Shown here one piece after another: positions 45,222 to 54,087 of a DNA stretch of 64,000 nucleotides. This DNA comes from an uncultured Alphaproteobacteria bacterium. GTDB lineage: Bacteria; Pseudomonadota; Alphaproteobacteria; HIMB59; GCA-002718135. Position numbers and translations under genes: made by a program. The DNA lies in NCBI GenBank assembly GCA_902541215.1, contig CACBPV010000002.1, forward strand, positions 5,775 to 69,774, read 5' to 3'. Numbering within the stretch: position 1 is the first letter of the stretch; the number at the start of each line of letters is the position of its first letter. The notes beneath the pieces were generated by a model. It was not told where the DNA came from and did not search any database. It saw only the letters and a list, made by a program, of their open reading frames with translations.

Positions 45222-45815
45222 TTGGAAAATATATATTTATATTACAGCTCTGTGATTAATGAAAGAGCTAAAGCTATTCTGGAATTTTGTTTCACCAAAA
45301 CTCCACTTGAACAATGGTTTAAAAAGGATGATGAATTTGATAATATTTTAAAAAGTACTTTTATGGATGATTACATTAAAGCCATTAATAATGATTATGA
45401 TAATTGGAAAAATGATGCTGAAGAATGTGTAGCTTTGATTATATTACTTGATCAATTATCAAGAAATTTTTTCAGAAATAATTCAAAAGCTTTTGACCAG
45501 GATACTAAGTGTGTTTTAATTGTTAAAGAAGCAATAAGTAAAAATTATTTAGATAACCTAGACATTGATAAAATACATTTTTTATTACTTCCATTTATTC
45601 ATAGTGAAGATATCACGGATCATGAACTTGGTCATAAATTAGTCGATAAATATTTAAATTATCATCCAGAATATAATAATATTAAAAAAGCTTGGGATGA
45701 TCATAGCGTGGCAATTAAAAAATTTGGAAGGTATCCGCATAGAAATAAAATATTAAATAGAAAATCAACAAATGAAGAAGAGTTATTTTTAACACAACCA
45801 AATAGTTCTTGGTAA
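45222..45815 (+). CDS. DUF924 family protein
   Basis: 197 aa. The DUF924-like pattern (ILEFCF...WFKKDDEFDNILKSTF...LIILLDQLSRNFFR...HRNKILNR) is present. The start is uncertain: TTG at 45222 abuts the UDG start codon, and an in-frame GTG at 45252 is the alternative. Confidence 0.75.
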   Translation: MENIYLYYSSVINERAKAILEFCFTKTPLEQWFKKDDEFDNILKSTFMDDYIKAINNDYDNWKNDAEECVALIILLDQLSRNFFRNNSKAFDQDTKCVLIVKEAISKNYLDNLDIDKIHFLLLPFIHSEDITDHELGHKLVDKYLNYHPEYNNIKKAWDDHSVAIKKFGRYPHRNKILNRKSTNEEELFLTQPNSSW

Positions 45816-45824
45816 GATAAAGAT

Positions 45825-46757
45825 ATGCTTTTAGAGAGAGATTTTTCAGATATTTTAAAACAACTTGAGTTTAAAAAAGGAAAAATTAAAGCTATTCTTG
45901 ATACAGACACCTACAATGAAATTGATGATCAATTTGCTTTAGTGCAAATGTTGTTTTCAAAAGAAAAAATAGAAGTGCAAAGTATAAATGCTGCTCCTTT
46001 TTCAATGAATAATCGTTCAGATAATCCAAAGAAGGGAATGGAGCTCAGTTATGATGAAATCTTTCGGTTGTTAGAAAAAATAAATTTTAAAAAAAATGAT
46101 TTTGTTTTTAAAGGATCAACAAAATATGTAGGTTTTGAAAAAAAACCTATTAATTCACCTGCAGCAGATAATATCATAGAAAGTGCTTTAAAATGTACTG
46201 AAGAAGATCCTCTATACGTAATAGCCATCGGCGCTATTTCTAATGTTGCCTCGGCATTATTGAAAGAGCCAGAAATTATTAAAAAAATTGTTGTAGTTTG
46301 GTTGGGGGGTAATGCAATTTATTGGCCACAAAATTCAGAGTTTAATCTAAAGCAAGATATTGGAGGTGCTCAAGTTTTATTTGATTGCGGTGTCTCACTA
46401 GTGATGGTTCCTTGCAAGGGCGTAACTTCACATCTTATTTCTACAGTTCCAGAAATCGAAAAATATATAGAGCCTCATGGTAAAATTGGTAAATTTCTTG
46501 CAATGCGATTTAAAGAGTACAATAATATACATAAAGGTTGGTCAAAAGAAATTTGGGACATGGCAGCTGTTGGTTATGTTTTAAACGAAGATTGGGCTCC
46601 AACTAATATAATACCTTCTCCAATTTTATTAAATGATATGCGTTGGAGTTCAGACAAAAACAGACATCCAATAAAAATAGTTTACGAAATCAAAAGGGAT
46701 GCAATTTTAAAAGATTTTATTAAAAAATTAGAAAACTTTATCAGTTCTTCCCATTAA
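45825..46757 (+). CDS. Nucleoside hydrolase family protein (IU-NH fold)
   Basis: 310 aa. The N-terminal aspartate cluster DTDTYNEIDDQFAL matches the DxDxxxDD calcium/ribose-binding motif. Confidence 0.75.
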   Translation: MLLERDFSDILKQLEFKKGKIKAILDTDTYNEIDDQFALVQMLFSKEKIEVQSINAAPFSMNNRSDNPKKGMELSYDEIFRLLEKINFKKNDFVFKGSTKYVGFEKKPINSPAADNIIESALKCTEEDPLYVIAIGAISNVASALLKEPEIIKKIVVVWLGGNAIYWPQNSEFNLKQDIGGAQVLFDCGVSLVMVPCKGVTSHLISTVPEIEKYIEPHGKIGKFLAMRFKEYNNIHKGWSKEIWDMAAVGYVLNEDWAPTNIIPSPILLNDMRWSSDKNRHPIKIVYEIKRDAILKDFIKKLENFISSSH

Positions 46758-47510
46758 ATAATAAGACACTAAACCTAACCATTCGTGAGATCCTTGCTGA
46801 AAAGAATTTAGATTAGATAATAAATTAAGATTAGGAATTAATTTAAATTCTTTAATATTTTTAAAGTCTACTGCATATGGAATTAAATTCCAGTCATTTT
46901 TGTCTGCTATAAGTAATGCTCTTTTCATATGCGAGGCAGATGTTATCAATAACCAATTTTCATTTATTTTTGGATTAGCGATTTTTTTTGAATATATTAT
47001 ATTTTCATAGGTGTTTCTTGAATTATCTTCAAAAATTATCTTATCAATTTCTATTCCTATTTTTTTGTAAAAAGATTTTGCAACTTTTGCATGATCAAAA
47101 TCAGGTCTATTTAAAATCCCTGATCCACCACTAAAAATTACTTTAGCCTTATCAAATTTTTTAATAATAAAAACAGATTCAACCAATCTTTCTGAAGAAC
47201 CATTTAAACTGATTTGATCATATTCATTATAAAGTAGAGGGTTTGTTGCACCTCCCAAAATAAGGATGCCATCGACTTGGTCTGGAGGTTTTATGTATGA
47301 GTGATATTCTTTTTCAATATTATAAATTAGATAACTTCCAATAGGCAAAAAAGAGATAAGTGCGATAAATACAAAATTAATCAGAAAAATAATTAAACTT
47401 AATCCCCTTAATTTAACAAAATATAAAAATATTGAAAGCAAAGTAACAAAAATAAAAATATTAAAAGGATTTAATATTAACCAAAGAATTTTAGATAGGT
47501 AAAATGACAT
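46728..47510 (-). CDS. DUF218 (YdcF/ElyC/SanA-like) membrane protein
   Basis: 260 aa with two N-terminal TM helices, then ILILGGA and LITSASHMKRAL blocks typical of DUF218. Confidence 0.75.
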   Translation of the reverse strand: MSFYLSKILWLILNPFNIFIFVTLLSIFLYFVKLRGLSLIIFLINFVFIALISFLPIGSYLIYNIEKEYHSYIKPPDQVDGILILGGATNPLLYNEYDQISLNGSSERLVESVFIIKKFDKAKVIFSGGSGILNRPDFDHAKVAKSFYKKIGIEIDKIIFEDNSRNTYENIIYSKKIANPKINENWLLITSASHMKRALLIADKNDWNLIPYAVDFKNIKEFKLIPNLNLLSNLNSFQQGSHEWLGLVSYYLMGRTDKVF

Positions 47511-47558
47511 AATATTTTATAGCTTTAGTTTATACTATATAACATTTGATAAATAAAA

Positions 47559-47633
47559 GGTCTCGTGGTGAAATGGATATCACACGTGTCTTCGGAACAT
47601 GTATTTGGGGTTCGAGTCCCTACGAGACCGCCA
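47559..47633 (+). tRNA. tRNA-Arg, anticodon UCG, CCA encoded
   Basis: Hand-folded cloverleaf. The acceptor stem is GGUCUCG/CGAGACC. The D stem is GUGA/UCAC. The anticodon stem is CGUGU/ACAUG with loop CUUCGGA (anticodon UCG). The T arm is UGGGG-UUCGAGU-CCCUA, followed by discriminator G and CCA. Confidence 0.9.
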
Positions 47634-47634
47634 A

Positions 47635-48678
47635 TTAAATAGTTATTTTTTCTGAGTATTTTGAAATTACTAACTCTGCAATTTGAACAGCATTAAGTGC
47701 TGCTCCTTTGCGCAAATTATCTGACACTACCCATAAATTCAAACCATTATCAATTGATTGATCATTTCTAATTCTACTAATATAAACTTTATCTTCTCCT
47801 GCAATTTCAACAGGGGTCACATAACCCTCATCTTTTCGGTGATCAATTACTGAAATACCTTCAGATTTAGATAATATTTCTTTAGCTTCTTTTTCATCTA
47901 ATGGTGAATCAAACTCTAGATTTACAGCTTCTGAATGGCCAATAAACACAGCTGTTCTAACGCAAGTTGCTGAAACATTAATTCCCTCATCTAAAATTTT
48001 TTTTGTTTCATCAATCATTTTTTGCTCCTCTTCTGTATTACCATTTTCTAAAAAAGCTCCAATGTGAGGAATGGCATTGAAAGCAATTTGTTTTGTAAAC
48101 TTTTCTTTTTTTAATTCTTGGTTAGCATAAACATTTTGAGTCTGATTAAATAATTCATCCATACCTGTTTTCCCTGCTCCAGAAACAGCTTGATAAGTTG
48201 ATACAACAACTCTGTTTATAATTGCTTTTTCATGAAGTGGTTTTAATGCTACAACCATTTGTATTGTTGAGCAGTTAGGATTTGAAATAATATTAGTTCT
48301 GTTTTCATCATCAAAAAATTCATCAAGTGCATTAGCGTTTACTTCAGGAACGATTAAAGGAATATTTTGTTGCATTCGAAAATGAGAGGTATTGTCTATA
48401 ACAATACATCCTGCTTTAGCTGCTTTTGGTGCATATTCTGCAGAAATTTTGCCTCCGGGTGAAAATAAACCGATGTGAGCTTTTGAAAAATCAAATTCTG
48501 ATAAGTCTTCTACAACAATTTCTTTATCTTTAAACTCTACTTTTTTGCCTTTTGATTTTGATGACGCGAGTAAATATAAATTGTCTATTGGAAAATCCCT
48601 TTGCTCTAATATTTGAACTATTTCTGTTCCTACCGCACCTGTTGCTCCTGCTACTGCTATATTGTATTTTTGAGTCAT
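47635..48678 (-). CDS. asd: Aspartate-semialdehyde dehydrogenase
   Basis: 347 aa with AGATGAVG and the active-site Cys block NPNCSTIQ. Confidence 0.96.
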   Translation of the reverse strand: MTQKYNIAVAGATGAVGTEIVQILEQRDFPIDNLYLLASSKSKGKKVEFKDKEIVVEDLSEFDFSKAHIGLFSPGGKISAEYAPKAAKAGCIVIDNTSHFRMQQNIPLIVPEVNANALDEFFDDENRTNIISNPNCSTIQMVVALKPLHEKAIINRVVVSTYQAVSGAGKTGMDELFNQTQNVYANQELKKEKFTKQIAFNAIPHIGAFLENGNTEEEQKMIDETKKILDEGINVSATCVRTAVFIGHSEAVNLEFDSPLDEKEAKEILSKSEGISVIDHRKDEGYVTPVEIAGEDKVYISRIRNDQSIDNGLNLWVVSDNLRKGAALNAVQIAELVISKYSEKITI

Positions 48679-49791
48679 TTAATTGCCAGATAGAATTTTT
48701 AATTCTTCAATAACAGCATTTCCCATTTCTTGAGTAGAAATAATTTTTTCTGCTCCTTCTTTAATATCAGCTGTTCTTAGACCTTTTAGTAATACATTCT
48801 GTACAGCTTTCTCAACCATTTGACTATCTTCTTGCATATCAAAACTATATTTCAACATCATAGCAAAGCTCATGATCATTGCTAGAGGATTTGCTTTAGA
48901 TTGGCCAGCTATATCTGGTGCACTACCATGAACTGGTTCATACATTGCTGCTCTAGTTCCATTTTCTTTAACTGGTCCAAGAGCTGCTGAAGGAAGCATT
49001 CCTAAAGATCCTGTTAGCATAGCAGCAGTATCACTTAAAAGATCACCAAATAAGTTATCTGTAAGTATGACATCAAATTGTTTTGGATAACGAACTAACT
49101 GCATTGCACAATTATCTGCAAGCATGTGTTCTAAATTAACATCAGAATATTCCTTTTTATGTAAATCTGTTACGGTTTGTTTCCAAAATAAACCTGTTTC
49201 CATTACATTTGATTTTTCTACTGATGTAACTTTATTATTACGCAACTTTGCTAAATCAAATGCCACTCGCGAAACTCTATTAACTTCTGATGTGGTATAC
49301 AGTTGAGTATCAACTGCCTTACTTTCAGTCTCACTAATTTTTGATATACCTCTTGGTTGACCAAAATATACACCACTTGTTAACTCTCTTATTATCAAAA
49401 TATCTAATCCTTTAACAAGATCAGATTTTAAAGATGATGAATCTGAAAGAGCATCTAAAACAACCGCTGGTCTTAGATTAGCAAAGAGATCAAGGTCTTT
49501 TCTTAATCTTAATAGGGCTGCTTCAGGTCTTTTATCTCTTTCTACGTTATCCCATTTAGCACCTCCTACCGCACCAAATAATACTGCATCACAATCCATA
49601 GCTACTTGCATTGTTTCATCACTTATAGAATTACCTTCTTTATCGTATGCCGTACCCCCAACTAATCTTTCAGAAATATCAAAAGATAAAGATTTAGTTT
49701 TTTCCATCCAATCAATTATTTTTAATACCTCAGCCATAACTTCATTGCCAATTCCATCACCAGGTAAAATTAAAATTTTTTTATTACTCAT
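48679..49791 (-). CDS. leuB: 3-isopropylmalate dehydrogenase
   Basis: 370 aa with [10 protein letters not shown] and NLFGDLLSD. Confidence 0.96.
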   Translation of the reverse strand: MSNKKILILPGDGIGNEVMAEVLKIIDWMEKTKSLSFDISERLVGGTAYDKEGNSISDETMQVAMDCDAVLFGAVGGAKWDNVERDKRPEAALLRLRKDLDLFANLRPAVVLDALSDSSSLKSDLVKGLDILIIRELTSGVYFGQPRGISKISETESKAVDTQLYTTSEVNRVSRVAFDLAKLRNNKVTSVEKSNVMETGLFWKQTVTDLHKKEYSDVNLEHMLADNCAMQLVRYPKQFDVILTDNLFGDLLSDTAAMLTGSLGMLPSAALGPVKENGTRAAMYEPVHGSAPDIAGQSKANPLAMIMSFAMMLKYSFDMQEDSQMVEKAVQNVLLKGLRTADIKEGAEKIISTQEMGNAVIEELKILSGN

Positions 49792-49797
49792 TTTTGG

Positions 49798-50400
49798 CTA
49801 CACGATCCAAGGTTGGACACTGTGTATTTTTTCTTCGTGAACATCAATTTTTTTATTTTTTTTGAGCGTCAAACCAATATCATCCAAACCCTCTAGCAAA
49901 CATTTTTTTCGAAATGCATCAATTTCAAATTCAATTGTTTTATCATTTTGATAAGTGATTTTTTGATTTTCTAAATCAACTGAAACATCATTTTTATTTT
50001 TTGCTTCGTTCATTAATATATCTACCTTTTGTTGATCTAACTTAATTGGCAGTATTCCATTTTTAAAACAATTGTTATAGAAAATATCTGCGAAGCTTGG
50101 AGCAATTATTGACTTAAAGCCAAAATCTAAAAGTGACCATGGTGCATGCTCTCTACTTGATCCACAACCAAAATTTGCCCCAGCAATTAAAATTTTTGAA
50201 GTTTTATAAGGGTCCCAGTTAAGAACAAAATCATTCTTTATGTTACCTTGAATATCGTATCTTAATTCATGAAATAAGTTTTTACCTAAACCAGATCTCT
50301 TTATTGTTTTCAAAAATTGTTTTGGAATAATCATATCGGTATCGACATTAATCATTGGTAGTGGTGCAGGGATACCAATTATTGTTTTAAATGATTCCAT
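49798..50400 (-). CDS. leuD: 3-isopropylmalate dehydratase small subunit
   Basis: 200 aa with GANFGCGSSREHA. Confidence 0.95.
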   Translation of the reverse strand: MESFKTIIGIPAPLPMINVDTDMIIPKQFLKTIKRSGLGKNLFHELRYDIQGNIKNDFVLNWDPYKTSKILIAGANFGCGSSREHAPWSLLDFGFKSIIAPSFADIFYNNCFKNGILPIKLDQQKVDILMNEAKNKNDVSVDLENQKITYQNDKTIEFEIDAFRKKCLLEGLDDIGLTLKKNKKIDVHEEKIHSVQPWIV

Positions 50401-51804
50401 TTATAAATCCTCTGCTGTTGTAAAAGAACCTTTGATTGCAGAGGCAGCAGCTATTGCAGGACTAACAAGATGTGTTCTACCTTCTCTACCTTGTCTACCT
50501 TCAAAATTTCTATTTGATGTTGATGCACATCTTTCTTGCGGTTTTAATTGATCTGGATTCATAGCTAAACACATGGAGCAACCTGGCTCTCTCCAATCAA
50601 ATCCTGCTTCAATAAAAATTTTATCTAAACCTTCTTCTTCAGCTTGTTTTTTAACTAGACCTGAACCAGGAACAATCATTGAGTCTACAGAAACTTTTTT
50701 GCCCTCTACAACTTTGGCAACTTCTCTTAAATCCTCAATTCTTCCATTAGTGCAAGAGCCAATAAATACTTTATCAATTTTAATTTTTTGTATTTCTTGT
50801 TTGGGTTCTAAACCCATATATTCAAGAGAACGTTCCATAGCCCTCTTTCTATTCGGATTACTCTCTTCTTGTGGGTTTGGTACTATACCATCTATAGCAA
50901 CAACGTCTTGTGGGCTTGTGCCCCAAGTAATTTGTGGTGAAATATCTTCAGCATTAATTAAAATTTCTTCATCATATTTTGCGCCCTCATCAGATGGAAG
51001 AGATTTCCAAAATTCTACCGCTTTATTCCAATTATCTCCTGATGGAGCGTACGGTCTACCTTTAATATATTCAAAAGTTTTTTCGTCAGGAGCGATTAAA
51101 CCAGCTCTAGCACCTGCTTCAATACTCATATTGCAGATTGTCATTCTTCCTTCCATAGAAAGAGAGGAAATTGCATTACCAGCATATTCAATAACATAAC
51201 CAGTTCCGCCAGCCGTTCCTATTTTTCCTATTATATGAAGAATAATATCTTTTGCTGTAACACCTAAGTTTAACTTACCTTCAACAGAAATTCGCATATT
51301 CTTTGCAGGTTTTTGAATTAAGGTCTGAGTAGCTAATACATGCTCAACTTCACTTGTGCCGATACCAAAAGCTAATGCACCAAATGCTCCGTGTGTTGCT
51401 GTATGACTATCACCACAAACTATTGTCATACCTGGCTGAGTAATGCCTTGTTCTGGTCCAACTATATGAACTATACCTTGTCTGCTATCTAATAATGGAA
51501 AAAGTGTAACATCAAAATCTTTGCAATTTTTTTCTAGTGTTTCAACCTGAATTCTACTTTCTTTATTTTCTATACCTTTAGATCTATCTGAGGTTGGAAC
51601 ATTGTGATCAGCTACAGCAAAAGTACTTTCGGGTCTTCTAACTTTACGATTATTATTTCTTAAACCTTCAAATGCTTGAGGGCTCGTAACTTCATGAACA
51701 AGGTGTCTATCAATATATATAAGACAAGTTCCATCTTCTTGTCTATCAACAAGATGATGTTCCCAAATTTTATCAAAAAGAGTTTTAGGATTATTTATTG
51801 TCAT
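50401..51804 (-). CDS. leuC: 3-isopropylmalate dehydratase large subunit
   Basis: 467 aa with aconitase-family Fe-S ligand blocks CGDSHT, GSCTNGR and GCSMCLAMN. Confidence 0.97.
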   Translation of the reverse strand: MTINNPKTLFDKIWEHHLVDRQEDGTCLIYIDRHLVHEVTSPQAFEGLRNNNRKVRRPESTFAVADHNVPTSDRSKGIENKESRIQVETLEKNCKDFDVTLFPLLDSRQGIVHIVGPEQGITQPGMTIVCGDSHTATHGAFGALAFGIGTSEVEHVLATQTLIQKPAKNMRISVEGKLNLGVTAKDIILHIIGKIGTAGGTGYVIEYAGNAISSLSMEGRMTICNMSIEAGARAGLIAPDEKTFEYIKGRPYAPSGDNWNKAVEFWKSLPSDEGAKYDEEILINAEDISPQITWGTSPQDVVAIDGIVPNPQEESNPNRKRAMERSLEYMGLEPKQEIQKIKIDKVFIGSCTNGRIEDLREVAKVVEGKKVSVDSMIVPGSGLVKKQAEEEGLDKIFIEAGFDWREPGCSMCLAMNPDQLKPQERCASTSNRNFEGRQGREGRTHLVSPAIAAASAIKGSFTTAEDL

Positions 51805-52396
51805 CCGATTTATTTTCGGCTGCTTTTTCCTCTTCTTTACTAGATTCCTCTGCAGCTGCTGCTTTAGATTCTTCTGCTGGTTTGGCTTCTGCCTCTTCTA
51901 CTTTTGTCTCTGCTTGTTTTGCTTCTACCTCTTCAGCTTTTGGTTCCTCTGCAGCATTTGTATCTGTATCCGTAGTTTTTGTTTCTTCTACCGGAGTAGC
52001 TTCCTCTATATATTCATATTGATCAGCTTCATCACCCCTATCTTTATCTGCGATCCTTGCTGCCTTTCCAGATAATTCTCTTAGATAATATAGCTTTGCT
52101 CTTCTTACATCACCTTTTCTAACAACTTCAATTTTTTCTACTAATGGACTGAACAAAGGGAATACCCTTTCAACACCCTCTCCATGAGATATTTTTCTCA
52201 CAGTAAAGTTAGAGTTTACTGAATTATTTTTTCTTGCAATACAAATACCTTCAAATGCTTGAAGTCTCGACTTACTTCCCTCTGTAATTCTTACAGTAAC
52301 TTTTAGAGTATCACCTGGACGAAAAGCAGGAACTCTTTTTTTTGAAGTTAACTTTTCAATCTGTTGTTTTTCAAATGTCTCTAATAAATTACTCAT
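51791..52396 (-). CDS. rplS: 50S ribosomal protein L19 with a long acidic C-terminal extension
   Basis: The first ~116 aa are canonical L19 ([28 protein letters not shown]...). They are followed by an ~85-aa E/A/K/T-rich tail. The 3' end overlaps the leuC start by 14 nt. Confidence 0.93.
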   Translation of the reverse strand: MSNLLETFEKQQIEKLTSKKRVPAFRPGDTLKVTVRITEGSKSRLQAFEGICIARKNNSVNSNFTVRKISHGEGVERVFPLFSPLVEKIEVVRKGDVRRAKLYYLRELSGKAARIADKDRGDEADQYEYIEEATPVEETKTTDTDTNAAEEPKAEEVEAKQAETKVEEAEAKPAEESKAAAAEESSKEEEKAAENKSDDNK

Positions 52397-52397
52397 T

Positions 52398-53096
52398 TTA
52401 TATTTCCTTTTTATAAATATCTGGTCTTAATTCTTTAGTTTTTTCAACCGATTTTTCTTTTCTCCATTTATCAATTTTTTCATGATGACCTGATGTTAAA
52501 ACATCTGGAACTTCATGTTTATTTCCTTGAATATCTTCCCAGGTTTGTGGTCTGGTATAATGAGGATATTCAAGCAGATTATTAGAAAAAGATTCTTCTA
52601 ATAAACTTTGTGGGTGCCCTAATACTCCAGGAATGAGACGAATACAACCTTCAACTAACACCTGGGCAGCAATCTCACCACCAGAAAGGACATAATCACC
52701 GATACTTATTTCTTGAAAATCAAGAATTTCTATAGCTCTTTGGTCAACCCCTTCAAATCTACCGCATAAAATAAGCATTTCATCATGTTGTGATAGATTA
52801 TTAAGTTTGGCTTGAGATAATTTCTGACCTGACGGTGTCAGGAAAATTTTGCAGTAATTATTGGTTTTGAAAGTGATTGAGTTTAATGCTTTTTCAATCA
52901 CATCTGGACGAATAACCATTCCAGGGCCTCCCCCAAAAGGTTCATCATCAACACTTCCTCTTTTGTCAATTCCAAAATTATGTAGATTGACTATCTCGAG
53001 AGAAAATTTTTTATTGTTTAATGCATTTCCGATTACAGAATATCCTAGTGAACCAGGGAACATCTCAGGATAACAAGTTAAAATTACTACTCTCAT
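52398..53096 (-). CDS. trmD: tRNA (guanine37-N1)-methyltransferase
   Basis: 232 aa with conserved TrmD blocks ([19 protein letters not shown]). Confidence 0.95.
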   Translation of the reverse strand: MRVVILTCYPEMFPGSLGYSVIGNALNNKKFSLEIVNLHNFGIDKRGSVDDEPFGGGPGMVIRPDVIEKALNSITFKTNNYCKIFLTPSGQKLSQAKLNNLSQHDEMLILCGRFEGVDQRAIEILDFQEISIGDYVLSGGEIAAQVLVEGCIRLIPGVLGHPQSLLEESFSNNLLEYPHYTRPQTWEDIQGNKHEVPDVLTSGHHEKIDKWRKEKSVEKTKELRPDIYKKEI

Positions 53097-53098
53097 TT

Positions 53099-53605
53099 TT
53101 AATCAAGAATACCAGGAATTGGATCGGCTATAATTTCTTTTTTATTAATATTAACTGATAAAATATTTGTTTTATCAAAAGGTATAAGAATAAGTTTGGT
53201 ATTATATTTGACTTCTAATAAATCACCTGCCCCAAAATTTTGAACACTTAAAACTTTTCCAATAATAGTATTGTCTTTCAAGAAAATCATGCATTCGATT
53301 AAGTCGTTTATGAAGAACTCATTATCTTTTGTTTTTGGAAAAAATTTCTTATTTGAAAAAATTTTTTGACCTTTAAGCTTTAAAACATCTTCTCTAGAAA
53401 AGTATTTTTCAACTTGAACGACACACTTATTATTTTTGAATAAAATATTTTTAAAATTCCAAGCAACTGAACCATCAAAATTATAATATTTTTTTAAATT
53501 TTTAAAAACTTCAAAAGAGGTAGTCATCATATTAACTTTTATTTCACCTTTTAATCCTAAAGGAGATCCAAACTGACCAACAAGAATAATATCTTTATTA
53601 CTCAA
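53099..53605 (-). CDS. rimM: 16S rRNA processing protein RimM
   Basis: 168 aa with the GSPLGLKGEIKV N-terminal block, located between rpsP and trmD. Confidence 0.9.
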   Translation of the reverse strand: MSNKDIILVGQFGSPLGLKGEIKVNMMTTSFEVFKNLKKYYNFDGSVAWNFKNILFKNNKCVVQVEKYFSREDVLKLKGQKIFSNKKFFPKTKDNEFFINDLIECMIFLKDNTIIGKVLSVQNFGAGDLLEVKYNTKLILIPFDKTNILSVNINKKEIIADPIPGILD

Positions 53606-53619
53606 AGCAAAAATTTATT

Positions 53620-54075
53620 TTATTCTTTTTTAGCTTCTGCTTCTTCTGCTTTTGGTTCTTCAGCAGGTTGTGCATCTTCATCTGGCTTAGCTTCTGCTTC
53701 TTCTGCTTTTGGTTCTTCTGCTGCAGCTTTCGCAGTTTCTTCTTTTTCTTTAGCAGCTGCTAAACGTTCCTGTGCTTTTTTCTTAGGTAGATGTTTTTTT
53801 GTTTTTTCAGTAATAACTGGTTTTTCCATCACACCAAGATTACTAAGAAAAATAGAAATTCTATCTGATGGTTTTGCTCCTTTTGCAATCCATTCCTTAG
53901 CTTTGTCTAAATCCATTTTAACTCTATCAGCGCTATCCTTTGGAAGCATTGGATTATAAGTTCCAATTTGATCTATAAATTTTCCATCTCTAGCTCTTCT
54001 AGAATCAGCAACTACTATTCTATAAAATGGTCTTTTCTTTGCGCCACCTCTTGATAATCTTATTCTTACCGGCAT
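53620..54075 (-). CDS. rpsP: 30S ribosomal protein S16 with an acidic repeat-containing C-terminal extension
   Basis: The N-terminal ~85 aa are canonical S16 ([26 protein letters not shown]...). The tail contains [11 protein letters not shown] twice. Confidence 0.95.
   Translation of the reverse strand: MPVRIRLSRGGAKKRPFYRIVVADSRRARDGKFIDQIGTYNPMLPKDSADRVKMDLDKAKEWIAKGAKPSDRISIFLSNLGVMEKPVITEKTKKHLPKKKAQERLAAAKEKEETAKAAAEEPKAEEAEAKPDEDAQPAEEPKAEEAEAKKE
53630..53718 (-). repeat. Perfect 31-32-nt direct repeat (period 57 nt) inside the rpsP tail-coding region
   Basis: On the + strand, tagcttctgcttcttctgcttttggttcttc occurs at 53631-53661 and again at 53688-53718, with one extra matching t before each copy. 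A copy with 28 of 32 nt identical lies in the rplS tail at 51921-51952. Confidence 0.9.
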
Positions 54076-54087
54076 TTTATTTCCTTT

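Noticed and set aside
47511-47640. The tRNA-Arg locus as a genomic-island integration site
   Set aside because: There is no integrase, no repeated tRNA 3' segment and no compositional shift. Both flanks are core genes.
53630-53718. The 31-nt direct repeats as a CRISPR-like or [13 protein letters not shown] repeat
   Set aside because: There are only two copies. They are in frame inside the rpsP coding sequence and encode a duplicated peptide unit. No spacers, cas genes or terminal inverted repeats are present.
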